Assembly: GCA_043228905.1 (NCBI GenBank) | Contig: JBHGNT010000016.1 | Coordinates: forward strand, 13,578,001 to 13,642,000 | Direction of reading: 5' to 3' | DNA length: 64,000 nucleotides | Source: Azolla caroliniana | Taxonomy: Eukaryota; Plantae; Polypodiophyta | Part shown: positions 23,560-37,105 of the stretch, piece after piece | Position numbering within the stretch: position 1 is the first letter of the stretch | Layout of the letters: every line of letters begins with the position of its first letter | The notes under the pieces: model-generated | Database searches by the model: none | What the model saw: the letters and a program-made list of their open reading frames with translations, nothing else | What the model was told of the DNA's origin: nothing | Made by a program: the position numbers and the translations under genes

Positions 23560-26500
23560 TGTTGGCCGGTGGCAGCCAAGTATGTAATGAGGAAGGGACG
23601 AGCCGGTTTCCGGATATATAATAATATTATTAGTTATAGGAGTAGACGGAACTGGAATAGGTATGCTGATCCGGATCTGGACCGATTCGTAGTCGGTTGT
23701 CGGTTAGGCACCGTTTGTAACACAAAACCGGATGCCTATAAAAGGATCCGTATATCGATGTATAAAATGATGGAATGTTAATATAAGAAAGCTTTTTTAT
23801 TATATCTTTCTATCCTATTCTGTTCTGCGCTCAATATATGGATCTTACGCATGTAATTGATGTGTGTTGTGAATACGAATACCGAACCGGAAGATAACTG
23901 GTGATGGTTATTGAGTGTTAAATCCCTTACTCTAACACACCTTTGGTGAAGTGTTCCGAAGGGACACCATGTGTTAGAGGCAAGTCCGGACCGGGAGTAA
24001 CACATAATTTGGCGACCACGATTACTACAGCAAGCAGCGAATAGCGGCATGATGGAGGACTAGGCCAAAGAACGATCCAGTTGCCGAACGAGCAAGAAGA
24101 CTAGCCGAGAAACTACGGAAATGGGAGGCTTACCAGCAAGTGGCTCAGGAGATCTGGTCAGATCGGTCTATACGGAATCAGATTCGGACGGGGATCACAG
24201 TGCTCAGTTCAATTATCGGAGCAGTTATGACACCCCGATAGGCTTGGAAAATGAAGATTCGGAAAATATATCTATGCTAGAACCGAAAACGAGAAAACCG
24301 GCATCCCCGGTCAACGAAAAAAGGTCGGATGAGCAAGTACCGACACTACCACACAACCAATCGGAGACTCTAGAAGAATGGGCTTTGCCATCACCACCCC
24401 GAGTCACCAAAGGAACAGGACGAGCGGGTACTGACACCACCTGATAGACGACGACACCATGCCATACCAGTATTCAAAATATCGGGATGACTAGGATGCA
24501 GAGGCCCATATATACGCCTTTCTCCAAACCTAGGTGGCGAACCATGTTTCACAACGGGATGACCGAAGGAGAGGCCGAACGCTCGAAGATAGCAGAATTC
24601 AGCATGACCCTAGAAGGACTAGTGACACGATGGCATAACAAGCACCTTCCTAGCAGTATTGCTACATTTGAAGAATTAAAGACAAAGTTTCTACGCTTCT
24701 TCCACAAACAGGTGGAACAAAGGAAAATCGTTTGTCAGTTCTATACGACACGAAATGACCCAACTGAAATTGTACTGCAATTTATCATCCGTTTCTAGAC
24801 GCTGCACAGTCAACTCACTAGAGCACCGCTCGAAGAAGAAGTGAAAGAGATATTTTTGGTAGCCCTTCGAGAACCACTCCGAACAATGTGCGCGGTAATA
24901 GATTTTTGAACCAGCATAATAGACCAAGTCATTGACTGGGTCATGGAAATGGACAAGAACAGTTCATGGCTAACAATGGGGGCACTCCAATGAGCACTCC
25001 CTACTGAAGAAGACCTCCGGTTTCGACAGGCCGTACAATGTACAACGTGCCTTAACTCTGGTCACTCAATGGTGGAATGCACAATGAGAACACAATGCCT
25101 GATATGTCATTCCCGATCACATACAATGGACTGATGTAAATATAATCTACTAAACCGACAGGCGGCACCAGTTCGGGAGATCGAACCCCGGACTGAGCGG
25201 CAAAACAATGACGAACGGTTGAAGCGAGATGATCACTACCAACCAGTACAAGACATACGATACGACAGTAGACGAGACAAGTATGACCGAGACCGTAATG
25301 ATAGAAGCCGAGATTACAATCGTGATCGGTATGATCACGACTACTCCCCCAACTATAATCGAAGTAGGGAGGACCAACGAAGAGAAGAGGCAGATTCGGA
25401 TAGGTGCCACTCAAACCGATAGTAATATCACAACAACTGGCAACATAATTGGAGGAGAAATTTCCGAAGAGACGAGTGTCGGGAACCAGATAGAAACATG
25501 ACCAGTGGCCAATCCGAGCAAGGGAGAATAGAGGAGCCCAACCAGGCGATAAACAGCTTTCAAGCCGGTAACACGGGAAAGGTGAAATCTAGTAACACAT
25601 GAAAAGTGTATTGTTACTATTGCCAGCAAGAAGGGCACTATAGTAGATAGTGTCCGATCAAGACCAACGAAAAACAACCAGCAGTGAATATAGTGATTGC
25701 AGAGGTGGCCGATATTCAACAGGTCACCACTCGATCGAAAGGAAAAATGTCCAAATGGGAGTCTTAGGAAGCAATACGGGAACACACCATCGAATAGATA
25801 AAAAAGCCCAACGAACAGAACATGACCAAATTGCGAGAACAAATGAAACCTCTGGGAAAACCAGGGATGGTGTTTGCGATGCATTTCCGGATGCATAGTT
25901 ATTCAGGGTGACCGCGGAGACAAATGCAGATGAATTAGTAGCTAGAGAGGATAAGTGCCTTACAAACATGCACTAGTTCCTAAGCACTGGACTGCCCTCG
26001 GAAGAGTTGAATCGGGATGAACGGAAGTGGTTGGCAGTATAGAGTCGGCATTTCTGTTTATTATAGGACACCTTGTACCATAAAGGAGTTGACTGACTCT
26101 GGCGACGTGCGGTATGGAACGATGAGAAGGAGGCAATACTACGAGAAGCCCATTGCGGGCTGGTAGGAGGCCACTATGCTGAAGACACTACGACAAGGAA
26201 ATTTTGGAGAAGTAGATTGTGGTGGCCCACAACATTGAAGGACGCCATGAGGTATGCAAAGGAATGTGACCTTTGTTAGGAAATGGGCCAACCAATAGAA
26301 CAAGCACAGATGCCGCATCAACCGGTGTTGCCGTTAGACCCCTTTCAAAAATGGGGAATGGATTTTGTCAGACCATTCAAACCACCGGCAATGAGAACCA
26401 GTAACTGGTACATAATTGTGGCAACCGATTACTGTACAAAGTGGGTGGAAGCCAAAGCACTCAGAGACAATACTGCGGCATCCACAACTAAATTTTTATA

Positions 26501-29500
26501 TGAAAACATTTGGTGTAGTTACGGTTGTCCGATCGAGCTTATTAGTGATCAAGGTGGACACTTCCTCGGACAGGTTGTGGAAAGCTTGACGACATTCTAC
26601 GCAGTGGTCCACAAGCGAAGTACACCATATTACCCGCAGGCCAATGGATTAGCAGAATCCAGCAATAAAATGCTCTAGAATATTCTCTGAAAAATCGTAA
26701 ACGAAAACCGGACCAACTGGGATACAAAGCTACAAAGTGCATTGTAGGCATACCGGATGACATACAAGACCAGTATCTGGACGACACCGTTCCAGTTAGC
26801 ATTCAGATTGGAAGCAGTCATGCCGATGGAATTTCAAAATCCTAGCTTACGGATACAGGTTCGAGAATGGTTAAGCGAGAAGGAATCGGAAAAGATCCCA
26901 ACTTTATGTGAATTAGAAGAGCACCGGTAACTTGTGTGCTACAATTGGAACTAGAGCAAAGAAGACGGAAAGTGTTTGTGGACCGGCACAGAAGGGGAAA
27001 TGAAAAATAGTTCGGAATCGGCAAGGCAGTATTAGTGTTCCAGACCCAGATGGGTATGATGTCGGGAAAGCGCACCACGCGGCATACACTACTATTATAG
27101 AACACGATGTGGATGCGCAGGAGTCAAGAAAAGGTGGCAGACCACAACGGGGGCACAAAACATCCGAGCAATAGAGGCACTCTCATTTCGCGAAAATAGA
27201 GCACTTGGAGAGTAGAAGCGCTTATAAGTAATTCGACGAACGTAGACAAGCTACAACACTCCGAAACTTCTCAACACCAGCGAAAGCGAAGAAGACCTCG
27301 CACCCATGGCGCTATCCGAAGCAACCAAGACATGGTTCAGCTGGCACGGATTGGAGGGATTCCTCCAGATAGCAGAAGCACCTCCGCACAAGGAACCGGA
27401 GAAGGTCGCTCTGCAGATCGACCTTGAGGAAATAATGGAGGAAGTTGTGCGTGAGGGAGGACTATAATCCATCGAAAACCCTTCCACTGAGACCCTGACA
27501 GAGTACTTCGGTGAGTACTCCATCGCCAGGAAGGCGTATAGAACACAAGGCGGCGAAGATGTTCTCTACGAATACGACTTCGTGCACCCCCGCCCTCCGG
27601 CAATGCCTAAAAACACTGCGGGGTTTATCATCGCAACATAGCAAGGAGTTAGAGAGGATTGGTTGGTGCTCATCGCCGATTCATTACGAGTGGCCATCTA
27701 ATCAATTGTGGAGGGGAAGAAGGTGTAGACCACGGTGGCGCAATGGCTAACACTTCTCGCACCCCCGGTGCTAGCCATTAAGGCAAAGAAGAGGGCTCAA
27801 CCGGTAGATACAACATTGAGCAAGCCATCCAAGCAGCAACAACTCTTGGCCAAGCATACCCCCAAATGGACAGAAAGAGGTTTGGCATAGAAAGAAACGT
27901 AGCAACCAAGGGATTCGACACAAAAGGAAAAGGAGCAGCTGAGCCGAAAGCAACAAACGAGGACAAGGGTGCTGCTGGAAAAGCTGGCCAAGAAGTTCAG
28001 AATCAAGCTATGTCGGTAGGAGAAGGAAGCGGACGATCTAATCCAAAGGGTGCACCAAGAAATCACGAAGGAAGAAGTAGAGGAAGAACCAGCCAAAAAC
28101 CTCCAGTGTTAGCCAAAGAAGCGTGACATGGAGCAGCAGGGGGAAGGAGTGGGTCCAATGCTGGACAATACCCTGGCAACCTATTCAGTGGTGGTAGAGC
28201 CCCAGCTAGAGGCAAAACCAGAAATAAGGCCAGAAGTGGTGACCACAGGTTAACAAGAACCGGTTACAAAGATTCCAACCTCACTAGGCCTTCAAGAACA
28301 TCAACACGAGGAACGTCGTCCAGAGAGGACATTGGTGGCACTAACCCAATGGTTTAGAATGGAGCCTGAACCAACACCAGCACACAGACTACCATTCGTC
28401 CTCCCAACACAGCAAGGAACCTCCCGGAAATGATTGAGATGGCTGGGAGAGCAGGTGTTGGGAACTATGAACCAGTTTGAGCAAGAACAAAGGATGCAAA
28501 TGGATCGGTTGATAGCCACGACCAATGAATTAGATAAGGCCCGGACACGGATCTGGAGATTAGAAGAAGAGTTGGAGAACGCCAAAGCACAGGCATCCGG
28601 TACGGCCTAGACAGGGTTGAATACAACCACAGAGCCGGTGGTACCAGCTAATACACAATCAAGAAACGAACTAGGGGCTAGCACAACACCGATAAAGAAT
28701 AACTAGCATGAACAAGAAATAGCCACCTTGAAAGAGGAATTGGCAGCTCAAGAGGCCCTACGGGGTAGAGAAAGGGATCAGAAGAAAGTAGTCGAGGAAG
28801 AGAAGCAAAGGATTGAAGAAACCCTCCGAAAGGCTCAAGCAAGCAACGACCAGATAAAGGAGGAGAAAGAAAAATTGCCACAAGAAAAAGAGAAACTCCG
28901 GTGTAGTGCAGAAATGGAAATCGAACGGCTGAAGGAGGAGCTCCAACAATAGAAAGATAGGGAGGACTGCGCACGAGGGAAAATCAACCGGAAATTAAAA
29001 TAGAAAACAAAGGATTTTGAGAAGCTGCACTAGGATCACAAACAACTTGATGTGGAGCATAGGAAGTTGATCGCAGAGTGTGACCTGCAGCAAGAGAAGA
29101 TCAGAGAGCTCCGGGTTGATGTAGCAAAGAAAGTGGATGCCTTGGCAGAGGAATGGACAAAGGTGGTCAAGTCGGCGAAGCAGCTAGAGGAAACGGCAAG
29201 AGAAAGGATGATGCTCACCTGGCAGCATTATGAGGAGGCTGAACGAACAAAAATGGCTCTGGATAGGGTTCAAACAACCTATCAGACCTAATTGCGAGAA
29301 TATGGGGTGAAGGCCCAAGCAACCACGGCTCTGATAAAGAAGTTAAAGGAGGACAGCCAGGCCACAGAGGAAAAGTCCAAGCTAGGGGTCAACTGAATCT
29401 GGGCTATTGTGCTGGCATGGAAAGAACGGACGAAGAGGATTATCGACGAAAGCTCGATACAATGGTGGACAAAGTGGACGCAACAAGCGGACGAAATACA

Positions 29501-30531
29501 GGTCCTACGAGCGGACATCGATAACTGAAGAAAAGTCGATGACCACTTCTATAAGATGGATGAGGAAAGCATTGTCACCATCCAAGAAGAGTTGTCAGAT
29601 GACTTTCTGTGCTTGGCCGGGGAGCAATTGGTTGCTATCAGAAGGCTGGTGGAATGATTAGACGATGACCAGATTGGCACACAACTCTGGTTCGAGTGAT
29701 GCGAATGGGAGAGTTGACGAAAGGAGGCAGCACAGACGTATGATGGCAGCGATCAACCTTAGTGATGAAGAACAATCTCTGGATCAACCACTAAATGAAA
29801 TTGAGACCCGAGCAGCACAACCGGACAAAGACAGAACAAAGCGGCTAGATGAAGCCAGACGGGAGCAGCTAGAAGGAGTCGGAGAAGAGCCGAGAGCTAA
29901 TGAAGCTAGAGGAGACAAATATGGCGGAGATGGAACAGACTAGCATGAGCAACAACAGCCACTATAGGAGCAAAGTGAGGAATCCCTCGAACCCCTTGAC
30001 CAGAGTATCTTGGACATACTGGATGAAGAGTAGTGGAGCTAATCCGTGGGTTCAACGTACATGGTACTGTCCCATGGGCGTGCCATGTGTTGGCCGGTGG
30101 CGGCCAAGTATGTAATGAGGAAGGGGTGAGCCGGTTTCCGGATATATAATAATATTATTAGTTATAGGAACGGACTAATCCGGAATAGGTATACCGATCT
30201 AGATCCGGACCGATTCATAGCCGATTGCGAGTTAGGAACCGTTTTGTAACACAGAACCGGATGCCTATAAAAGGATCCAAGTATCGATGTATAAAACAAT
30301 GGAATGTTAATATAAGAAAGTTTTTTTATTATATCTTTCTATCCTATTCCGTTCTGCGCTCAATGTATGGATCTTACGCATGTAATTGATGTGTGTTGTG
30401 AATACGAATACCGAACCGGAAGATAACCGGTTATGGTTATTAAGTGTTGAATCCCTTACCATAACCCACCTTTGGTGAAGTTTTCCAAAGGGGCACCTTG
30501 TGTTAGAGGCAAGTCCGGCCCAGGAGTAACA
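23560..30531 (+). mobile_element. Element E: Ty3/gypsy, internally deleted (PR/RT/RNaseH missing), gag + integrase + extra 3' ORF
   Basis: LTRs 23560-24002 and 30088-30531 (roughly 10% diverged by eye). TSD GGCCA. PBS TGGCGACCACG at 24010 (tRNA-Arg-like). gag 24050-25860; INT (FQKWGMDFV, DQGGHF, YYPQANGLAE) 25950-27060. Confidence 0.93.
27306..30050 (+). pseudogene. Extra sense-strand ORF downstream of pol in element E (conserved N-terminal domain + long coiled coil)
   Basis: MALSEATKTWFSWHGLEGFL...YFGEYS...AYRTQGG...EYDFVH...DW aligns with the G ORF at 51129. Glu/Lys/Gln-rich coiled-coil fragments at 28400-29650. Confidence 0.7.
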
Positions 30532-32706
30532 GGCCACTAAATTTCGGCAATCCGAAAACAACCTGTTTCGATTGCAAGTCTTGAAGCCTCTGGTAATTGA
30601 CGTGGTTTATCTGCTTGTGCCATAAATGGATATCCGACTCGATCTTCTAACCCTTTGCAAACAATGCGGTGCCTACATCATTGGTGTTGAGGATGAACAT
30701 CCTCCTGTCTCGGCGCCCTTATGTGATGATTTGGCCCTCTTCCTGAATGAAGCACCTGAGGTGCGTAAACCACACCTGCATCCCCTGGTTGACGATCTGC
30801 CCGATCGACACCAGTCTCTTTGTGATTGTGAGAACATGTAGTACGTTCATCAGCTTTCCCTTTTGTCTAGCATGGGTTAAAGGGACTTCTCTGACATGCA
30901 CAATCAAGTGAGGTGTGTCATCTTCAGTTTCGACAACTCCCAGTTGCTCCGGCTTTTCTAAAAACGAAAACTACTCTTGGTGGCTTGTCATGTGGTTAGA
31001 CGCTTTGGAGTCAACATACCACACTTCCTCCGATCCGGAAGTGTTCTTCTTCATTAAGTTCGCCTTGTGCTTCATCACAATGGTTGGCCCTTCTCCGGTC
31101 TTACCGGTTCTGGGTTCTTCTGATCCTTCTGTGTAGTGCGAGCTCTGTCGGTTTCCTTGTTTAGCTTTGATGTATCTGGATTTATCTGAATAGGCGCGCT
31201 TCTTCCAGCACTCACTCTCTCGATGGCCTTTCTTGCCACAATACCAACATTCCATTTTGGTTTTTGATTTCCAGTTTCCAGCGCCGTTTTGACTCCCTCT
31301 ACTTTTGGAGGGTCTAGAACTGTTATCGACACTATCTCCGTGCCTCCGATTCTTCTCTTGTCGGCTGCTGTTATTGCATGCCAACCCACCTCATCCTCCA
31401 GGCCCATGGGGCCGATCTGCCTCCGTGTACAACATCCGGTTATCTGATTGAGTGGTCCTTGACCCACTCGCATGGTTTTCTTCAACCATGAGCATCGATT
31501 GCAGGTCGAAGAAGGACAGTGGTTTCTCCCGGGTGCAAATTGCCATCCGGATTGGCCCATACCATTGTGGTAGACCACCGAGGCAGATTTGGACCATCTC
31601 ATCCTCGTCAACCATCACATTGATGGAACCGAGCACGTCACAGATCTCTTTCATCTTGGTGGTGTAGTCCGTGGTAGACATTTCCTGTTGCCAAATATTG
31701 TTGAGCTCTTGCTAGAGTTGCAACTTCTAAGCCGTGTTACTTGCGTCGAAAATCTACTAGAGATTTTCCCAGGCGTGACTTTACATCTTTGATGTAGCTG
31801 AGCATCTGGTTATGCACACAAGACGTGAGGCAATACAACACTCTACTCGCTCCTTGCTCCCATGTCGGGAAGTCCTTGTGTGCCGAATCCAAAGCTGCTA
31901 CATTCGCTCCTTCCATGTAGCTCTAGTATCCATGGACCAACAAGTACTGGTGCATTTTATACGACCAAGATGCATAGTTGCTCCAGTCAGGCTTTTCCAT
32001 AGGATACGAGCTTGCCATATTTATGTCCATATTTTCCTTCTTTTTGGTTCTCTACCAGGTGTTAGGGTTTGTCTTTACAAATCGCTCGTTGACTATAGAG
32101 GTTCTCAACCCTCGCGCTCTAATACCATGTCCAACCAGTCCTTCCGTGCTCCTAACACATAGACATGAACTAATGATCTCTTGTCTATTTATATAGTGTT
32201 GGCTCCAAAAGTTTCATATCTATGTGGGATATCTTAAAGTTCTATTTTTCCTCTTCTTCTTCTCAAACTTCACACTCACATAACTTGACACTTGTCTGTT
32301 TCATATGTAGTAAAATGCGTTCAGAAACTCTTGAAGACATCCATCTTTCTATAACAATCCATTAAGCTAATATAAAATAATTATTTCATTATTTTTACAT
32401 AGTGTGTGAAGAATCACATGACATTCGGCCCCACCAAACCTGCACATCCACCGACATGTGCCAATTTTGGTGAGACTCCACTTTTGATTACTTTACTTTT
32501 TCGTCAATGCCCAAGACAGAATTGTCAAAAGCTTCGAATCCGATTTCTATTCTGTTTCTTCTCTTGAAAATCTTGATTCTTTTCCCGGCAATTGGCAAGG
32601 CAAGTGGTGTACCATCCAATTCTGCTAAACGATATGTTGCATTATCTTCCACTTTCTTCACCACATATGGTCCAAACCATCGTTGTGAAAATTTTCGAGC
32701 CATGCT

Positions 32707-32983
32707 TGTGAAGAATAATGCGGAATGTTGCTCGACCACAATTGAGTCTTAGAGCACTTTGATTAGAATTAAACACAGGTAATGGGGAGGTAGAGATGAA
32801 CACTAACAACAAAGAGAGTACACAGGATGTTTACATGGAAAACCCTAATAGGGAAAAACCACGGGAGCCCACAGACTCCAAACTATCACTATACCGAGAG
32901 GAATACCAAATGGATGCACAAAGGCAACGACCTCATGCACTCGATCTTGGCCAGGTGGTGGTTACAACAGAAAAGCTCATAAT

Positions 32984-33020
<37 letters not shown>

Positions 33021-33209
33021 GTAAAGTAGTTACAACTACAACAAAATGGTAAGACACACATATATGGTTTTTGCCCTAGCTCATATTTATACTTATATTA
33101 ACCTAGGACTATTTACAAATGTAGCCTCGATGGGCTTGCTCACCGGGTCCTTCTGAACCGGTTTTCGGATCTCATCTGGATCCCATTTGGAGGGACTGAA
33201 ATCCCAACA
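32707..33209 (-). mobile_element. Older solo LTR of the J-related copia family inside the F integrase
   Basis: TG...CA. Reverse complement starts TGTTGGGATTTCAGTCCCTCC like the J LTR. Decayed TSD ATGCT/GTACT; an ancestral GTGCT restores the host peptide QHSTARKF. Confidence 0.85.
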
Positions 33210-36200
33210 GTACTATGTTGCTTGTTTAGGCTACTGTCGTAGACCAACACCCAATCTGCTTCAATGATTTTCCTCGGACTAAGTCGATGTTGTTTGTCGA
33301 AGTCTTTCTTGTTCTTAAGCCTTGCATTCTTTAGCTGCACTTTAGCAGCTTCTATATCTTCCGACTTCCACTCCTACTATTGAATCCTCAATGCTAGAAG
33401 ATCTTCTCTACTTATCTCATCTTGCCATGGCAATGCAAACCATGAAAGAATACTTTGTTCCACTAGCATTATCGGCTTTTGTCCAAATATGAGCTCTGCC
33501 GGCATGTATCCCGTCACCGTGCTATGAGTAGTCCTATCAGCCCATAGTGCAAATGGCAATAGACGCAACCATTCTCCTATTTTCCCATGGCAAGCTTTCA
33601 CTAGAGGCTTGACAATCGGTCCATGTACATGTTCCACTTTCCCATTCGCTTTCGGATTATAGGCCGTGGTAAGAGATAATTTAATTCCCATCTTAGAGAA
33701 GAATTATCTAGCTTCATTGGCATCCAACTCACCTCTATCAGCCTTTATCTTGCCGAGGCATCCATATCTGCAAATAACATCTTCGAGAAGGAATCTGCAT
33801 ACTGATGATGTCTCCTGAGCTCTCAATGCTCGCCCTTCAACTTGATTGGTAAGATCCTCTCTCGTGAGCACCAAGCACCAGATACTTCATCCGCCATCGC
33901 CCCATTGGCATCATTACGATGTCCACCATCCACTTGTAATGAATAGCCAACGAGTAAGTTAGATGAATTTCATCTCGATGGCGAACATTCGAAAACATCT
34001 GAAATTCCTTACATGCCCAGCCACCAATATTTCTCCTTAAGCTTCGCGAACGTAGCCCATATTCCTCGATGACCTACAAAAACACTATCATGAAATTCAG
34101 ACTTTAGTTTTTGTCGGTCTTCCAGCTTGCAGACAACTCTCATCGGAGTCCCATTCTTCTTTTTTGCATGCCTCCAAAGAGCTCCATCCTTAAGGAAATA
34201 CTTGTAGGCCTTCTTCTGAATTCGATTGAACTCTTTCATTAACCATGATTCATCTTTTTGTAGAGAACTCAAGTATTTCCCGATCTCCACGAATTCGCCT
34301 TCGTAGTCCTCTTCTATGAAAGTAGTTAGCACCCGAGCATAGGAACTTGTAAAGAAATTCAAGCCAACATCTTCTTCATCAGCATGTCGATCTTCTTCTC
34401 CATCATATCTTGCTCGTGATAGCATGTCTGCAACGACATTACGCTTCCCCGCTACATGACGGATCTTTGGGTTGAGTGATTTGATATATGCAATCCAATG
34501 TAGCATGGCAATATCTAATGTACTACAACCATATATCATACCCAAGATTGGTAGGCAATTTGTCTCGATTATGACTTCTACTCCAATAAGGTAATCATGA
34601 TCAGACCTGATCGCCGATACGATTCCCCATAGCTCCCTCTTCACTTGGGCATACCTTCTTTGCCTATCACTTAACACTTTCGCGCCAAACCGAATTGCAT
34701 ATCAGTTGCAATCTTTGTCTTCTTGGTTGATAACCCATCCGATTCCGGTCGGACTAGTATCCACGGTCACGAAAATGGGGTTGCCGTCTGAATAGTTTGC
34801 CTTCCGTAATGCAGGTGCCTCCATCAATAATTTCTTCAACCTTCGGATGGAGAAAGTATGCTCGCTTGTCCATTTGAACCTCCACTTTTTCTTTAGTAGA
34901 CCATACAATGGCTCAACAATGTGGGCGTAGTGTGGAATCTAAATATGATAAAACGTGCATGCTCCAAGGAACCTTCGAACCTCCGTTCGGGTACACATTC
35001 TTCTTTCATGTCTTGGATCTCAGTTACCTGTTGTCCAGAGGACAGAAATGTAAAATTAGGAAATTAGCAAACGCCGAGTCCGAGTATCACGGGCCACCGA
35101 CGGCTCGGCTGTGTATTAGGGGAAAAGTTATTTAAACGAGGACCAGTACCTCAGAGGGGAGAGAGAAGAAAAATATAGGCGGAAGCACTAGTTTAGGTCA
35201 TCGTAACTAGATAAACTTGTAAGGTCACTTGCCATAGGCCGTGTTCTGTAATCTTTTTCTGTCATATTAATAGATTTGATTTGTGCCCATTTTGCTCCAT
35301 GAGTCTGTGCTTTGATCCATACCTATGAGTGCAACGCCGCCCACGTCTATCAAGACCTCACTAGTGTTTTCTCTCTGAGCCCTGTATCTCTCTCGACGCC
35401 TCTATTCTGAGCCTTCACGTACCACGCCCTTGAAGACCGATAGCCGCAGATCTATCGAAGGTGTTCACCCAAAGGAACGGGTAACACAATTTGGCACGCC
35501 CGGTTACAGCTGTGAGTGCACAACGAACTTCGTTGAAGGTAATCACCAGCCGCCATTACAGCGCCCTCTCGCACCACGAGGTCTTGGCCACCCGCCCGAT
35601 GCCCTGAGCCAGTCGAAGGAACTTCTGACTCGGCGGTCACTGACCAAGCCTTTCCCGATCAATCAGAGGCTTGTCCAGTGCAATCCTCGCCACCGGACAC
35701 TCGATCGCGAGTTGATTCACCACCAAAACCCCCGTCGAGCCCTCTGGAGGTCAATCAACCGGAACTAAACCCTTTTCCGGTGCTACCAGAAGACCCACAG
35801 TACGACATCATGCCGTACCCATACCCACGATACACCGACGGACCAGACGCGGAGTCACACGTCCGTGCCTTCATATCCACGTGGCAGGCTAACCACTCCA
35901 CGCACCGCCTCACGCCGGCCGAAATCGATGCCTCGAAGATTGCCGAGTTCACACTCTCCCTCGATGGACCGGCCGCACGATGGTACTCTTGCCTCGAAAT
36001 AGGAGAGGCCACCACTTTCCAAATCGTGTGCACAAAGTTCCTTGAACTTTTCATCGCGAGGTGCCTAAACGGGAACTGCTCCGGCAATTCTTCTCTATAT
36101 GCCAGGAACCGCACGAAACAGTCGCGCAATTCACGATCCGGTTCTAGGATCTCTACAGACAAGTGGCCGATGATGTCTCGGCACAACATATACCAGACAC

Positions 36201-37105
36201 TTTCCTATCCAGTTTATGAGAGTCTCTACGAACGACTCTCGCACTTACAAATTTTGCCAACCATACGATCGAACAAGTCATAGCGCGCGTTCTCGCCCTC
36301 GATCGGAACCAGCACGACACGGCCTTCTCGATGACATCCTTGCAAAATGCTCTTCCCCAAGAGGACAATCGCTTTCGCCAAGCCCTCCAATGCACTGTGT
36401 GTTCAGGATCAGGGCACCTGGCCCTCGAATGTCCCCACCGACCACAGTGTCCGATCTGTGAGTCTCGAGCTCACACGGTCGAGCAGTGTGAATATAATAT
36501 GCTGAACCGCACAATGGTGGCACCGGTCCGCCAGATCGAGCCACGAAATACATACTCTCGGTAGGACGAGCGATATATCTACCGAGACCAGGATAACGAC
36601 CAACCGCAATCCCCGGATCGACGGCGCCGAAACGACAACTACCGAGACCAGGATAACGACCAACCGCAATCCCCGGATCGACGGCGCCGAGACGACAACT
36701 ACCGACGTGATAACCGCCGTGATCATTACCGCGATGACCGGCACGATGATTATGCCCGATATGATGACGATCGCGATGACCGGTATGACCGACGGAACTC
36801 ACGCATTGATCAGCGAAACGGAAACCGCAAGACACGCAACAATAGAAGACCTAATGACAACCGCCGACGGGACGCTCCTCAAAATGACCAGCACAACTCC
36901 AACGCACCTCGGAACAACCCACCACCAAACGAGACCGAGAATCAACAACAGCAGCTTCCACACATAGACCGAGCGGACACCAACAGCTCGGCCAACGTGA
37001 CATGTTTTAAATGTCATCAACCAGGCCACTACGCCACGCAATGTCTGACAACCAACTGTGGCAAGGCACCCGCGGTAAACAGTATCATGGCCGATGTTCA
37101 AACGG

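Larger units (their letters stand above)
18926..32130 (-). mobile_element. Element D: degenerate Ty1/copia, 5' LTR deleted; carries a solo LTR and gypsy E
   Basis: 3' LTR 18926-19345 with PPT at 19346. RNaseH/RT/INT 20650-23559; gag/PR 30537-32030 (CWYCGKKGHRESEC, WYVDSKASNHM). iMet PBS remnant 32116-32127, followed by only TGT of the LTR. Confidence 0.9.

Noticed and set aside
36579-36710. 60-bp tandem duplication in G gag
   Set aside because: A simple in-frame duplication in the low-complexity Arg/Asp-rich gag linker, common and uninformative.
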